A DNA stretch of 19,621 nucleotides from Gemmatimonadales bacterium (GTDB lineage: Bacteria; Gemmatimonadota; Gemmatimonadetes; Gemmatimonadales; GWC2-71-9): contig JBFJHJ010000046.1 of the NCBI GenBank assembly GCA_041613315.1, positions 1 through 19,621 of the forward strand, read 5' to 3'. Below, in pieces: positions 7,846 through 16,795 of the stretch (its first letter is position 1; the number at the start of each line of letters is the position of its first letter). A model generated the notes under the pieces. That model worked only from the letters and a program-made list of their open reading frames with translations, made no database searches and was not told the origin of the DNA. Position numbers and translations under genes: made by a program.

Positions 7846-7875
7846 GCCGGGCGGCCTCCCGCGAGGTCGCCCGGC
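7846..7875. terminator. GC-rich hairpin between convergent genes
   Basis: GCCGGGCGGCCTC-CCGC-GAGGTCGCCCGGC, 13-bp stem with one G-T pair; no U-tract. Confidence 0.55.
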
Positions 7876-7887
7876 TCACGCCAGTCG

Positions 7888-8739
7888 TCACATGAGGTGA
7901 CGTCCAAGCCACTCCATCGTGAGGTTCATTACTCTCTCCAGCTCCGGCGTCGGGCCCGCCCAGGGATGACGCGCGCCGAACGTGTGTCCCCCACCGGGGA
8001 TCAACTCCAGCCGCGACCCACCGCGTGGCGCCGCGTCGAACAGCGTGCGGGCGTGGGACGCCGGCACCGCCTCATCGGCATCGCCATGCGAGATGAGCCA
8101 CGGCGCCGTCACACGGGACGCCGCCCGCTGAATGTCGAGCTTGCCCCGTCCATGACGCTCGATCTCGTCGAGCGCGTCAGTGTACAGCGGCAGCACGTCG
8201 CCGGTGCGGACATTCACGACATCCATCTTCCCGGTCGCGCGCCACGCGGCCAGGGTCTGATCGTCCCAGCGCCGCACGGTGGCAATTGCCGCCCAGGTGA
8301 CCAGGGCGCGGCAGTCGGCTCGGTCAGCGGCGAACAGCACGGCGACGCCGCCGCCCCGGCTGTGGCCCAGGAGCCCCACGCGCGTAGGCGGGTCGACGGC
8401 CTCGATCAGCGTGCCGGACCGGACGGCGCTCCACACCGCCTCCAGATCCACGAGGTCGTTCGAGAACGTGGCGTGACCGAACCGCTCCGGCTCCGAGAAC
8501 GACTCGCCGTCGGAACCGACGCCGCTGCCGGAGAAATTGAACGATACGGCGGTCATGCCCGCCCGGGCGATGCGCTCGGCGAGCGGCGGGAAGAACCCCC
8601 AGTCCTTGAACCCCTTGAATCCGTGGCAAATGAGGACCGCCGGCCGGGCCCGCCCGGACCCCGCGGTGCGCACGTCGCCACGCAGCGGACCGCCGTCCGC
8701 GCCACGAAGCTCGAAGGAGCGCCGGGTCACGGTCGCCAT
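7888..8739 (-). CDS. Alpha/beta-fold hydrolase
   Basis: CHGFKGFKDWG oxyanion region, GHSRGG nucleophile elbow, HGDADEAV (Asp), GGGHTF (His). Confidence 0.92.
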   Translation of the reverse strand: MATVTRRSFELRGADGGPLRGDVRTAGSGRARPAVLICHGFKGFKDWGFFPPLAERIARAGMTAVSFNFSGSGVGSDGESFSEPERFGHATFSNDLVDLEAVWSAVRSGTLIEAVDPPTRVGLLGHSRGGGVAVLFAADRADCRALVTWAAIATVRRWDDQTLAAWRATGKMDVVNVRTGDVLPLYTDALDEIERHGRGKLDIQRAASRVTAPWLISHGDADEAVPASHARTLFDAAPRGGSRLELIPGGGHTFGARHPWAGPTPELERVMNLTMEWLGRHLM

Positions 8740-8822
8740 GGCGTCACGCGGGCCGGGTGCGGCGCGACGAGGACCCCCGGCGCCGCCCGTCCTCGAGTGG
8801 GCATGCTGTCATGGGACTGACC

Positions 8823-9383
8823 ATGCGTCCCTCCAACCCGGCCCTGGTTGCGATCAGCCGCGCGCTCCGCGGGAACCGCGGCGGCCTCGTCGACCGGTGG
8901 TCGCGCTGGGTCGCCGGCCGGATGGCGCAGGCGCCCCACATTCGCCGGCCGACGGTCGAGCGCCAGCTTGCCCTGCTGATCGATATCCTCGCAGAGCTCG
9001 CCGGGCCCCTGCGCCGCCGCATGGCTGAACTCTGGTTCACCTCGTGCGACGTGTATGGTCGGACGGCGGCGGTCCGGGGTCTCGCCGCCGGCGAAGTGGT
9101 GGAGGAGATTCAGTACCTCCGGGAGCTCCTGATTCACGCGCTGTCCGAGACCATCGCCGCGCTCCCCGCCCGCCAATCCATGGCCGCGGTGTTGCGTCTG
9201 AACCGCCTGGTGGACAAAGGCATCGCCCACGCCGTCGTCGGATATACCGACGCGCTGGTGGAGACCCTGCTCAACCGGCGTGGCGTGCCGATCACCGCCG
9301 GCGATCCCGCCGAAGACGAGGTCGTGAAGCGTCTGGAACAACTCGAGGAGGAGCTCGCGGAGCTGCGCGGCGAGCGCACGTGA
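8823..9383 (+). CDS. Hypothetical all-helical protein, RsbRD N-terminal (globin-like) domain-like
   Basis: LRGNRGGLVDRW...YGRTAAVRGLAAGEVVEEIQYLRELL...LNRLVDKGIAHAVVGY resembles RsbRD_N; short C-terminal coiled coil. Start at ATG 8823 inferred. Confidence 0.6.
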   Translation: MRPSNPALVAISRALRGNRGGLVDRWSRWVAGRMAQAPHIRRPTVERQLALLIDILAELAGPLRRRMAELWFTSCDVYGRTAAVRGLAAGEVVEEIQYLRELLIHALSETIAALPARQSMAAVLRLNRLVDKGIAHAVVGYTDALVETLLNRRGVPITAGDPAEDEVVKRLEQLEEELAELRGERT

Positions 9384-9419
9384 GCACGTCGCGGTCGGCC
9401 GCGCGCGGCCGCCCACACC

Positions 9420-10220
9420 CTAGCCGGCCACCTCCTCGCCCCCGTCCACGTTGATCACGTTCCCGGTGATCCAGTCGGTGCCGGGATGGCACAGCGCCAC
9501 GACCGCCCGCGCCACGTCTTCCGGCGTCGTCATCCGACCGTACGGGTTGCGCCGGGCCGCCTGCGCGAACAACTCGTCGCTCGCGGGGATCTTTCGCGAC
9601 GCCGGTGTGTCGGTGACGCCGCCCCGCAGCGCGTTCACCGCAATCGCGTGGGGGGCGAGCTCGACGGCGAGTTGGCGCGTGTGCGATTCCAACGCGCACT
9701 TCGCGGCTGAAACGGCGCCGTAGGCTCGGATGACGCGGGTGGAGCCCGACGAGGTCATCGAGAAGATCCGCCCACCCTTCCCCATGAGGCCGCGGCGCAC
9801 GACGTCCTGGGTCCAATAGACGAGCGTGTGGGCCATGACGTCCAGCGTCATTTCAACGTTCGCCTTCGACAGGGCGTCATCCGCGATATAGGGTTTGAGG
9901 GTTCCGAACGCGAGCGAGTGCATCAGTACCGCCACCGTGCCGCCGGTCTTCTGGATTTCGTCGGCAAGGGCGTCCACGACCTCTCTGCGCTTCTCCTCAT
10001 CCGCCGCGTTCACATTGAAGAACAGCGCTCGGCGCCCGGCCGCTTCGATCGCCCCCGTGATCTCCTCCACGTGCTTCATGCCAGCCTTGCGGTCGAGATG
10101 GACACCGGCTATGTCGTAGCCGGCCGTAGCGAGCGCCCTGACGCACGCCTCGCCGAAGCCGCTGGAGGCGCCGAGCACCAATGCCCAGCGCGGCGTCGTC
10201 GTCTGTGCGTGTGGCAACAC
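9420..10220 (-). CDS. SDR oxidoreductase, enoyl-ACP reductase FabL/FabI-like
   Basis: LGASSGFG, HSLAFG, YGAVSAAK (Yx6K enoyl-reductase spacing), GVTDTPA, ITGNVINVDGG. Start is GTG 10220 or TTG 10217; TTG is better spaced from GGGAGG. Confidence 0.85.
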   Translation of the reverse strand: MLPHAQTTTPRWALVLGASSGFGEACVRALATAGYDIAGVHLDRKAGMKHVEEITGAIEAAGRRALFFNVNAADEEKRREVVDALADEIQKTGGTVAVLMHSLAFGTLKPYIADDALSKANVEMTLDVMAHTLVYWTQDVVRRGLMGKGGRIFSMTSSGSTRVIRAYGAVSAAKCALESHTRQLAVELAPHAIAVNALRGGVTDTPASRKIPASDELFAQAARRNPYGRMTTPEDVARAVVALCHPGTDWITGNVINVDGGEEVAG

Positions 10221-10253
10221 GACCTCCCGTCAACGATGCGCGGAACTTAGCCC

Positions 10254-11465
10254 ATGAAGATTCACGTCGCTATCGCGCTCGGGCTGGTGGGCGGCCTGCT
10301 CTTCGGACTGCTCGCCGCGCTCTCCGGGGTTCCGGAACTCCTGGCGGCGGCCGAGGGCGTGGCACCGCTTGGCGTTGCGTTCGTCAATCTCCTGAAGATG
10401 GTCGTGGTGCCGCTCGTGGCCGCGACGCTGTTCGTCGGCGTGGCGGGAATGGGGAACGCCAAGAAGATCGGGCGGCTCGGGGGGCTCACGCTCGCGTTCT
10501 TCGCCGCAACGACGGTGATCAGCATCATGATCGGGATGGGTGCCATGCGGCTGCTGCTGCCTCTCGCCGATGAAGCGGCGGCGGAAGCGGCAGCGGCGGG
10601 GGCCACGGCCGAAGCGCCGGCGCTGCCGACCACGGTGGACTTCCTCGTGAACCTCATTCCCGCCAACCCGTTCCAGGCGGCGGCGGAGGGCGCGCTGCTC
10701 CCGCTCATCGTCTTCACGTGCTTCTTCGCCGCGGCGGTTGGGGCGCTGCCGGCCGACCCGCGCGCCCGTCTCGTGGAGATCGCCGTCGCCGTGTCGGCGG
10801 CGCTCGTGAAGCTGGTGCACTGGGTGCTGTGGACGGCGCCGGTGGGCGTCTTCGCGCTCGCCGCGCCCGTGACCGCGCGCTCGGGCTGGTCCATGCTCCA
10901 GAGTCTCGGGGCCTTTGTCCTCGCGGTGCTCCTCGGGCTGTTGGTGTTCGTGGTGGTGATCTACGTCCCGGCGGCACGGTTGCTGGGCGGCATCGCTCCG
11001 GCTCGGTTCCTCGGAGCGTGTATCGGGCCGCAGATCATCGGATTCACGACGACCAGTTCCGCCGCCACGATTCCCGCGATGCTCGAGGCCGCCGAGGAGC
11101 TCGGGCTCTCACGCACCGTGGCCAGCTTCGTCGTCGCCCTGGGCGCCGCCGTCGGGCGCGCGGGGAGCGCGCTGTTCCAGGGCGCCGGGCTCATCTTTCT
11201 GGCCTGGCTGTACCAAGTGCCGATCCCAGCCGCGGCCCTCGGCGCCGCCGTACTCGCGACCGCGCTCGTTTCCATCACGGTCGCGAGCGTACCATCGGCG
11301 AGCGTGCTCACTCTCGCCCCCGCGCTGGGCGCGGTCGGCGTGCCCATGGACGGCCTCGCCGTCCTGCTCGGAGTGGACCGGATCCCCGACATGTTCCGCA
11401 CGGCGGTCAACGTCACCGGTACGATGACCGCGGCGACGGTCGTCGATCGAATGGCAGAGACGTGA
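10254..11465 (+). CDS. Dicarboxylate/amino acid:cation symporter (DAACS, GltP/GltPh family)
   Basis: FVNLLKMVVVPLV, IPANPFQA, APVGVFAL, FTTTSSAATIP (HP1), ASVPSA (HP2), GVDRIPDMFRTAVNVTG (TM8). Confidence 0.93.
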   Translation: MKIHVAIALGLVGGLLFGLLAALSGVPELLAAAEGVAPLGVAFVNLLKMVVVPLVAATLFVGVAGMGNAKKIGRLGGLTLAFFAATTVISIMIGMGAMRLLLPLADEAAAEAAAAGATAEAPALPTTVDFLVNLIPANPFQAAAEGALLPLIVFTCFFAAAVGALPADPRARLVEIAVAVSAALVKLVHWVLWTAPVGVFALAAPVTARSGWSMLQSLGAFVLAVLLGLLVFVVVIYVPAARLLGGIAPARFLGACIGPQIIGFTTTSSAATIPAMLEAAEELGLSRTVASFVVALGAAVGRAGSALFQGAGLIFLAWLYQVPIPAAALGAAVLATALVSITVASVPSASVLTLAPALGAVGVPMDGLAVLLGVDRIPDMFRTAVNVTGTMTAATVVDRMAET

Positions 11466-11570
11466 GCCGTTGTCCGTCGTCCATTCTCCATGCGGACGCC
11501 GTGACCCCGTCCTGGCGACGGTGACGGAGACCATGCCGACCACCGACAACGCATAACGAACGATCTTCTC

Positions 11571-11957
11571 GTGCTCTACCGTCTCGCCGCTGATCTCCTC
11601 GTCGCTCTCCACCTCGCGTTCATCGTCTTCGTCGTTGCCGGCGGCGCGCTCGCGTGGCGGTGGCGCTGGGTCGCCTGGGTCCATCTGCCAGCCGCACTGT
11701 GGGGAGCCGTGATCGAGTTCACCGGTGGGGTCTGCCCGCTCACGCCGCTCGAGAACCACTTCCGGCGGCTCGCCGGACAGGCGGGCTATGAAGGGGGATT
11801 CATCGAGCATTACGTGATTCCCGTGATCTACCCCAGCGGACTCACCACCGGCATACAGATCGTGCTCGGCACGCTCGTGGTGCTCGTCAACGCCTGTGCG
11901 TACTGGATATACTTCACACGGGCGCGCAACCCCACCACCGCGATTCGGGGGCCGTGA
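11571..11957 (+). CDS. DUF2784 family membrane protein
   Basis: LADL...HLAFIVFVVAGG...HLPA..WG......CPLTPLEN..R..AG...Y.GGFIEHY..P.IYP signature. Confidence 0.9.
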   Translation: MLYRLAADLLVALHLAFIVFVVAGGALAWRWRWVAWVHLPAALWGAVIEFTGGVCPLTPLENHFRRLAGQAGYEGGFIEHYVIPVIYPSGLTTGIQIVLGTLVVLVNACAYWIYFTRARNPTTAIRGP

Positions 11958-12091
11958 AGCCACGGCGTGCTCGTCCCTCGCGCTTTCATACCCTGAGCGG
12001 CCGCGGATCGACGTGACCGCGGGGAAGCACTAGGCTCCCAGGTCACGCCACCGGTGGGTGACGGCAGGCCGGGGCGGCATCCGGACGACAC

Positions 12092-13951
12092 ATGGCGACA
12101 CGCGACGAACACCAGGGGCTCCCGCCCCTCATCCCCCGTGACGTCATCTTCGGTAACCCCGAACGGGCGGAGCCGCAGTTGTCGCCGGACGGCGCGCGCA
12201 TGGCGTTCCTGGCGCCGCTGGACGGCGTGCTGAACGTGTGGGTCGGCGCCGTGGACGGTGACGCGTTCCAGCCGGTCACGCGCGACGCCGACCGGGGCAT
12301 CCGCGTCTACTTCTGGGCGCACGACGGGAGCCACCTGCTCTACCTTCAGGACGTCGGGGGCGACGAGAACTGGCACCTGTTCAAAGTGGTGCCGGATTCT
12401 GGAAGCGTGGTGGATGTGACACCGTTCGACGGCGTGCAGGCCCAGATCGTCGCCCACGACAAGCGCCATCCCACCCAGGTGCTGGTCGCCATGAACCGCG
12501 ACGACGAGCGGTTGCACGATGTCTATCGCCTGGACCTCACCGACGATTCGCTCGAGCAGGTCGCGAAGAACCCCGGCAACGTGATCGGTTGGGTGGCGGA
12601 CGCGGATCTCGCCGTGCGCGCCGCCATGGCGTCCACGCCGGCCGGTGGGACGGACCTCCTCGTTCGCGACGACGGTGCGTGGCGAACCGTCGTTTCCTGG
12701 AACAGCGAGGATGCCCTGACCAGCGGTCCCGTGGGCTTTGCGCTGGACGGACGTACGCTCCGGCTGCTGGATTCGCGCGGCGTCAATGCCGCGCGGCTCG
12801 TGGAAATCGACGTGGGCTCGAATGCCGAGCCTCATGTCGTCGCCGAGGACCCGCAGTACGACGTGAGCGACGTGATGGTGCATCCCGACACGCGCCGCAT
12901 CCAGGCGGTGTCGTACGTCGCCGCCCGGATCGAGCATGTCGTGCTCGACGATGCGATCCGGCCCGACGTGGACGCGATCCGACGACTGAACTCTGGGGAC
13001 TTCCGGATCTACGATCGTACGCACGCCGATGACGTCTGGCTCGTGGGGTTCACCGAGGACGACCGGCCGGTCTCGTACTACGCGTTCGACCGCGGCACCC
13101 GGACCGGACGGTTTCTCTTCTACAACCGCTCCGAACTCGCCGGCTACACCCTCGCACCCATGGAGCCCATCTCGTTCCGGACGCGGGACGGACTCACCAT
13201 CCACGGCTACCTCACCCGGACGCCGAACGATCGCGGCGCGCTCCCAATGGTTCTCGATGTGCACGGGGGTCCGTGGTACCGCGACGTCTGGGGATACGAC
13301 CCCGAGGCCCAGTGGTTCGCCAATCGAGGTTACGCCTGTCTGCAGGTCAACTTCCGCGGCTCCACCGGCTACGGGAAACGGTTCCTGAATGCCGGCAACA
13401 AGGAGTGGGGCGGCAAGATGCACGACGATCTCGTGGACGCCGTGCGCTGGGCCGTGGAGCAGGGAATCGCTGACCCCGGCCGCGTAGCAATCTACGGCGG
13501 CTCGTACGGCGGCTACGCCGCGCTGGTCGGCGCCACCTTCACGCCGGAGCTGTTCCGCTGCGCCGTCGCCATCGTGGGACCGAGCAATCTCCTGACATTC
13601 ATCAACACGATCCCACCGTACTGGTCGTCGTACCTCGCCATGCTGCACGAGCGGGTGGGCAACCCCGAGACGGAAACCGACTTTCTCCGCGCCCGATCAC
13701 CCCTATTCCACGTGGATCGGATCCGCATCCCCATGCTCATCGCCCAGGGGGCCAACGATCCGCGCGTCAAGCAGGCCGAGTCCGAGCAGATCGTGGCGGC
13801 GATGCGGGAGAAAAAAATCCCGCACGAATATCTCCTGTTTCCCGACGAGGGCCATGGGTTCGCGAAGCCCGCGAATCGGCTCACGTTTTACGCTGCGGCC
13901 GAGCGCTTCCTGGCCCGTCACCTGGGGGGGCGGTTCCAGGACGACGACTGA
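12092..13951 (+). CDS. S9 family serine peptidase (S9C acylaminoacyl/dipeptidyl-peptidase-like)
   Basis: N-terminal beta-propeller (LSPDG), VHGGP, NFRGSTGYG, GGSYGGY, QGANDPRV, FPDEGHGF; no obvious signal peptide. Confidence 0.95.
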   Translation: MATRDEHQGLPPLIPRDVIFGNPERAEPQLSPDGARMAFLAPLDGVLNVWVGAVDGDAFQPVTRDADRGIRVYFWAHDGSHLLYLQDVGGDENWHLFKVVPDSGSVVDVTPFDGVQAQIVAHDKRHPTQVLVAMNRDDERLHDVYRLDLTDDSLEQVAKNPGNVIGWVADADLAVRAAMASTPAGGTDLLVRDDGAWRTVVSWNSEDALTSGPVGFALDGRTLRLLDSRGVNAARLVEIDVGSNAEPHVVAEDPQYDVSDVMVHPDTRRIQAVSYVAARIEHVVLDDAIRPDVDAIRRLNSGDFRIYDRTHADDVWLVGFTEDDRPVSYYAFDRGTRTGRFLFYNRSELAGYTLAPMEPISFRTRDGLTIHGYLTRTPNDRGALPMVLDVHGGPWYRDVWGYDPEAQWFANRGYACLQVNFRGSTGYGKRFLNAGNKEWGGKMHDDLVDAVRWAVEQGIADPGRVAIYGGSYGGYAALVGATFTPELFRCAVAIVGPSNLLTFINTIPPYWSSYLAMLHERVGNPETETDFLRARSPLFHVDRIRIPMLIAQGANDPRVKQAESEQIVAAMREKKIPHEYLLFPDEGHGFAKPANRLTFYAAAERFLARHLGGRFQDDD

Positions 13952-13972
13952 CCCGCCCGCCGTCTGACGCGA

Positions 13973-14002
13973 TTGACAGGTTACGATCCCCGCACGCACG
14001 TT
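13973..14002 (+). promoter_or_regulatory. Possible sigma70 promoter of the membrane-repeat/MscS cluster
   Basis: Perfect TTGACA (13973-13978), 18 nt, weak -10 CACGTT; GGAGG RBS before ATG 14043. Confidence 0.35.
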
Positions 14003-14042
14003 TGCGTCGGCCGTTTCCCATCTCCCTCCCGGAGGTGTCCTC

Positions 14043-15536
14043 ATGCGGGACATGATCTCACAGCTCGCGGAGCAGGTCGGCCAATCCCTCCCCACCCTGC
14101 TCTTGGCCACGGCGATTCTGGTGGGCGGCTGGCTCGTGGCCCTGGTTGTCGCCGCGGTGGTCCGCGCCGGCGTGAAGCGCGCGACCGCTAGCGGAAAGGT
14201 CGCGAAGGCGTTGTCCGCCGCCGAGGGGGCCAAGCCTGCCTCCATCGCCACCTGGACGGGGCGCGTCGCCTTCTGGGTGATCATGATTTTCGTGCTCGCG
14301 GCGGCGTTCCAAACCCTTCGCTTGCCCGCCCTCTCGGGGCCCCTCGACAGCATGCTCCAGCAGCTCACCCGCTACCTGCCGCAGTTGGCCGGGGCGGCGA
14401 TCTTGCTGGTGATCGCCTGGGGGCTCGGGGCCGCCTTGCGTTTCGTCCTCGTCATGGCCTTGGAGCGGACGAAGCTCGACAAGGTGGTCGCCGAAGAGGC
14501 CGGTCTCCATGCCGAGCGACCGCTCAGCAAGACCCTGGGCGACATCGTGTTCTGGATTCCGCTGCTGCTGTTCCTGCCCGCGGTCCTGGGTGTGCTCGAT
14601 CTCCAGGGATTGCTCACGCCCCTGCAGAGCATGTTCGACGACCTCCTCGGCGCGTTACCCAACCTCCTCGCGGCCACGCTCATTTTGCTCATCGGGTGGA
14701 TCATCGCCAAGATCGCCCGCCAGGTGGTGACAGCGCTGCTGACCGCTGCCGGCGCCGACCGGCTCGGCGAACGGGTCGGTATGGGGACGAAGGCCGGCGT
14801 GCGCCGCCTCTCCTCGGTCATCGGCTTGGTGGTGTACGCGCTCATCTTGATTCCCGCGGCGATCGCGGCACTCGACGCCATCCAGATCGAGGCCGTGAGC
14901 CGGCCGGCGACGCTCATGCTGAACCAGGTGCTGGGTGCCGTGCCCCTGCTGTTCGGCGCGGCCATCGTCCTCGGCGTCGCGTTCCTCGTGGGACGGGTGA
15001 TCTCGGGCCTGGTCACCAGCATCTTCGAGGGCGTCGGCTTCGACCGCCTGTTCGAGAAACTGGGCCTCGAGGTCATGCCCGAAGACCGGCGCGCCACACC
15101 GTCGCGCATCGCCGGGTACCTGGCACTCGTCGCCATCATGCTGCTCGCCGCGATCGAAGCCGCGAGCCTGCTGGGGTTCGGTGCCCTCGCGGTGCTGGCA
15201 ACGCAGTTCTTCGGCTTCGTCGCTCGGGTCGTGCTCGGCCTGGTGATCTTTGGCGTCGGCCTGTACCTGGGGAATCTGGCCTACCGCGCCATTCCGCGAG
15301 GCCAGGGACCATGGGGCGGTGTCTACGCCTGGTCGGCGCGCATCGCGATCATCGTGCTCGCCACCGCGATGGCGCTCGAGCAAACGGGCGTAGCGGCGGA
15401 CATCGTCCGGCTCGCGTTCGCCCTCCTCTTGGGCGCGATCGCCGTGGCCGCGGCCATCGCGTTCGGGATCGGCTCGAAGGATGCGGCCGCGCGGGCGGTG
15501 AACCGCTGGTTCGAAGGGCGTCGCCCCTCGTCGTAA
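14043..15536 (+). CDS. CmpX-like / conserved-TM-helix repeat membrane protein (MscS TM-like), copy 1
   Basis: Five units of about 94 aa starting LPTLLLATAILVGGW, LPQLAGAAILLVIAW, LPNLLAATLILLIGW, VPLLFGAAIVLGVAF, VARVVLGLVIFGVGL; ends with GAIAVAAAIAFGIG. Confidence 0.88.
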   Translation: MRDMISQLAEQVGQSLPTLLLATAILVGGWLVALVVAAVVRAGVKRATASGKVAKALSAAEGAKPASIATWTGRVAFWVIMIFVLAAAFQTLRLPALSGPLDSMLQQLTRYLPQLAGAAILLVIAWGLGAALRFVLVMALERTKLDKVVAEEAGLHAERPLSKTLGDIVFWIPLLLFLPAVLGVLDLQGLLTPLQSMFDDLLGALPNLLAATLILLIGWIIAKIARQVVTALLTAAGADRLGERVGMGTKAGVRRLSSVIGLVVYALILIPAAIAALDAIQIEAVSRPATLMLNQVLGAVPLLFGAAIVLGVAFLVGRVISGLVTSIFEGVGFDRLFEKLGLEVMPEDRRATPSRIAGYLALVAIMLLAAIEAASLLGFGALAVLATQFFGFVARVVLGLVIFGVGLYLGNLAYRAIPRGQGPWGGVYAWSARIAIIVLATAMALEQTGVAADIVRLAFALLLGAIAVAAAIAFGIGSKDAAARAVNRWFEGRRPSS

Positions 15537-15548
15537 GGAGGCTCGGGA

Positions 15549-15588
15549 TCCCGGACCGCCCGGAGCACGTCACCCTGGCGGTCCGGGA
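15549..15588 (+). terminator. Stem-loop after repeat protein copy 1
   Basis: TCCCGGACCGCC-N16-GGCGGTCCGGGA, perfect 12-bp inverted repeat; no U-tract. Confidence 0.5.
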
Positions 15589-15689
15589 ACCGGCTCATGT
15601 GACTTTTCGGCCGACGCGCCTCGTCAATTCGGTCGGCCGTAACCTGTCGTAACTTCCCCATCGCCGCGAGAGCGGGCACGAGCCAACGT

Positions 15690-16598
15690 ATGGAAGACTT
15701 CGTCCAGCAGGTACTCCTGGACCCGACCGTGGGCAAGATCGTCGCCGTCGCGGTCGGGCTCGTGTTCATCACCGTCCTGGTCCGTATCGCGCAGCGGTCG
15801 CTGTCCCGTTACATCAGCGACGGCGACGTGCGATACCGGGCACGCAAGCTGGTCAGCTTCCTCGGCTACCTCGCCGCCTTCGTATATCTGACGGTCGTGT
15901 TCCGCAGCCAGCTGGGTGGCCTTACCGTCGCCTTCGGCGTTGCGGGCGCCGGCATCGCGTTCGCGCTCCAAGAGGTGATCGCCAGCGTGGCGGGGTGGGC
16001 GGGGATCGCGCTCGGGAACTTCTTCGCCATCGGCGACCGCGTGCAGCTGGGCGGCATCAAAGGCGACGTGATCGACATCGGTGTGCTGCGCACGACGCTC
16101 ATGGAGTGCGGCAACTGGGTCAATGGCGACCTGTACAACGGCCGCATCGTGCGCGTGGCGAACAGCTTCGTCTTCAAGGAGCCCGTGTACAACTACTCGG
16201 GCGACTTCCCGTTTCTGTGGGACGAGATCACCGTGCCCGTCCGCTACGGGGGCGACGTTCGCCTCGCGCGGGAGCTGATCGAGCGCGTCGTCGCTGGCAC
16301 GGTCGGTGCCTACGCCGCGTTCGCCGAGCAGGCGTGGAAGGAGATGGTGCGCAAGTACCGGATCGAGGACGCCCAGATCCAGCCGATGGTCACCCTCGTC
16401 GCCAACGACAACTGGATGGAGTTCACGGCGCGGTATGTCGTCGACTACAAGCGGCGCCGCACGACGAAGGACGAGATCTTCACGCGGCTGCTCGAAGCGC
16501 TGGAGAGCACGGGTGGGAAGGTGGCACTCGCTTCCGCCACCTTCGAGCTCGTCGGCGCGCCGCCGGTCGAGGTGCGACTGCCCGATCGGGTGCGGTGA
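15690..16598 (+). CDS. Small-conductance mechanosensitive channel, MscS family
   Basis: Three TMs with TM3 GVAGAGIAFALQE, GDRVQLGGIKGDVIDIGVLRTTL middle beta domain, RVANS, and a C-terminal alpha/beta cage. Confidence 0.93.
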   Translation: MEDFVQQVLLDPTVGKIVAVAVGLVFITVLVRIAQRSLSRYISDGDVRYRARKLVSFLGYLAAFVYLTVVFRSQLGGLTVAFGVAGAGIAFALQEVIASVAGWAGIALGNFFAIGDRVQLGGIKGDVIDIGVLRTTLMECGNWVNGDLYNGRIVRVANSFVFKEPVYNYSGDFPFLWDEITVPVRYGGDVRLARELIERVVAGTVGAYAAFAEQAWKEMVRKYRIEDAQIQPMVTLVANDNWMEFTARYVVDYKRRRTTKDEIFTRLLEALESTGGKVALASATFELVGAPPVEVRLPDRVR

Positions 16599-16795
16599 GC
16601 GGAGCAACTGGACACCGACGGCACCGGGCGTTTACTTACGTTTGCTCGCTCTCGCATCGCCACCCTCCAAGCTTTTCGACGGTTCAAGCGATTCCGAGGC
16701 AGCGCCCCGCCCGGCGCGACAGCATCGCCGGGACGCGCTGACGCGCGTCCGAGTCTCCGCGCCGCGATACTGCTACTGATTCAGGAGGCGCCCGC

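Noticed and set aside
11828..13648. 606-aa antisense ORF
   Set aside because: Shadow frame of the S9 peptidase in high-GC DNA; no recognisable motifs.
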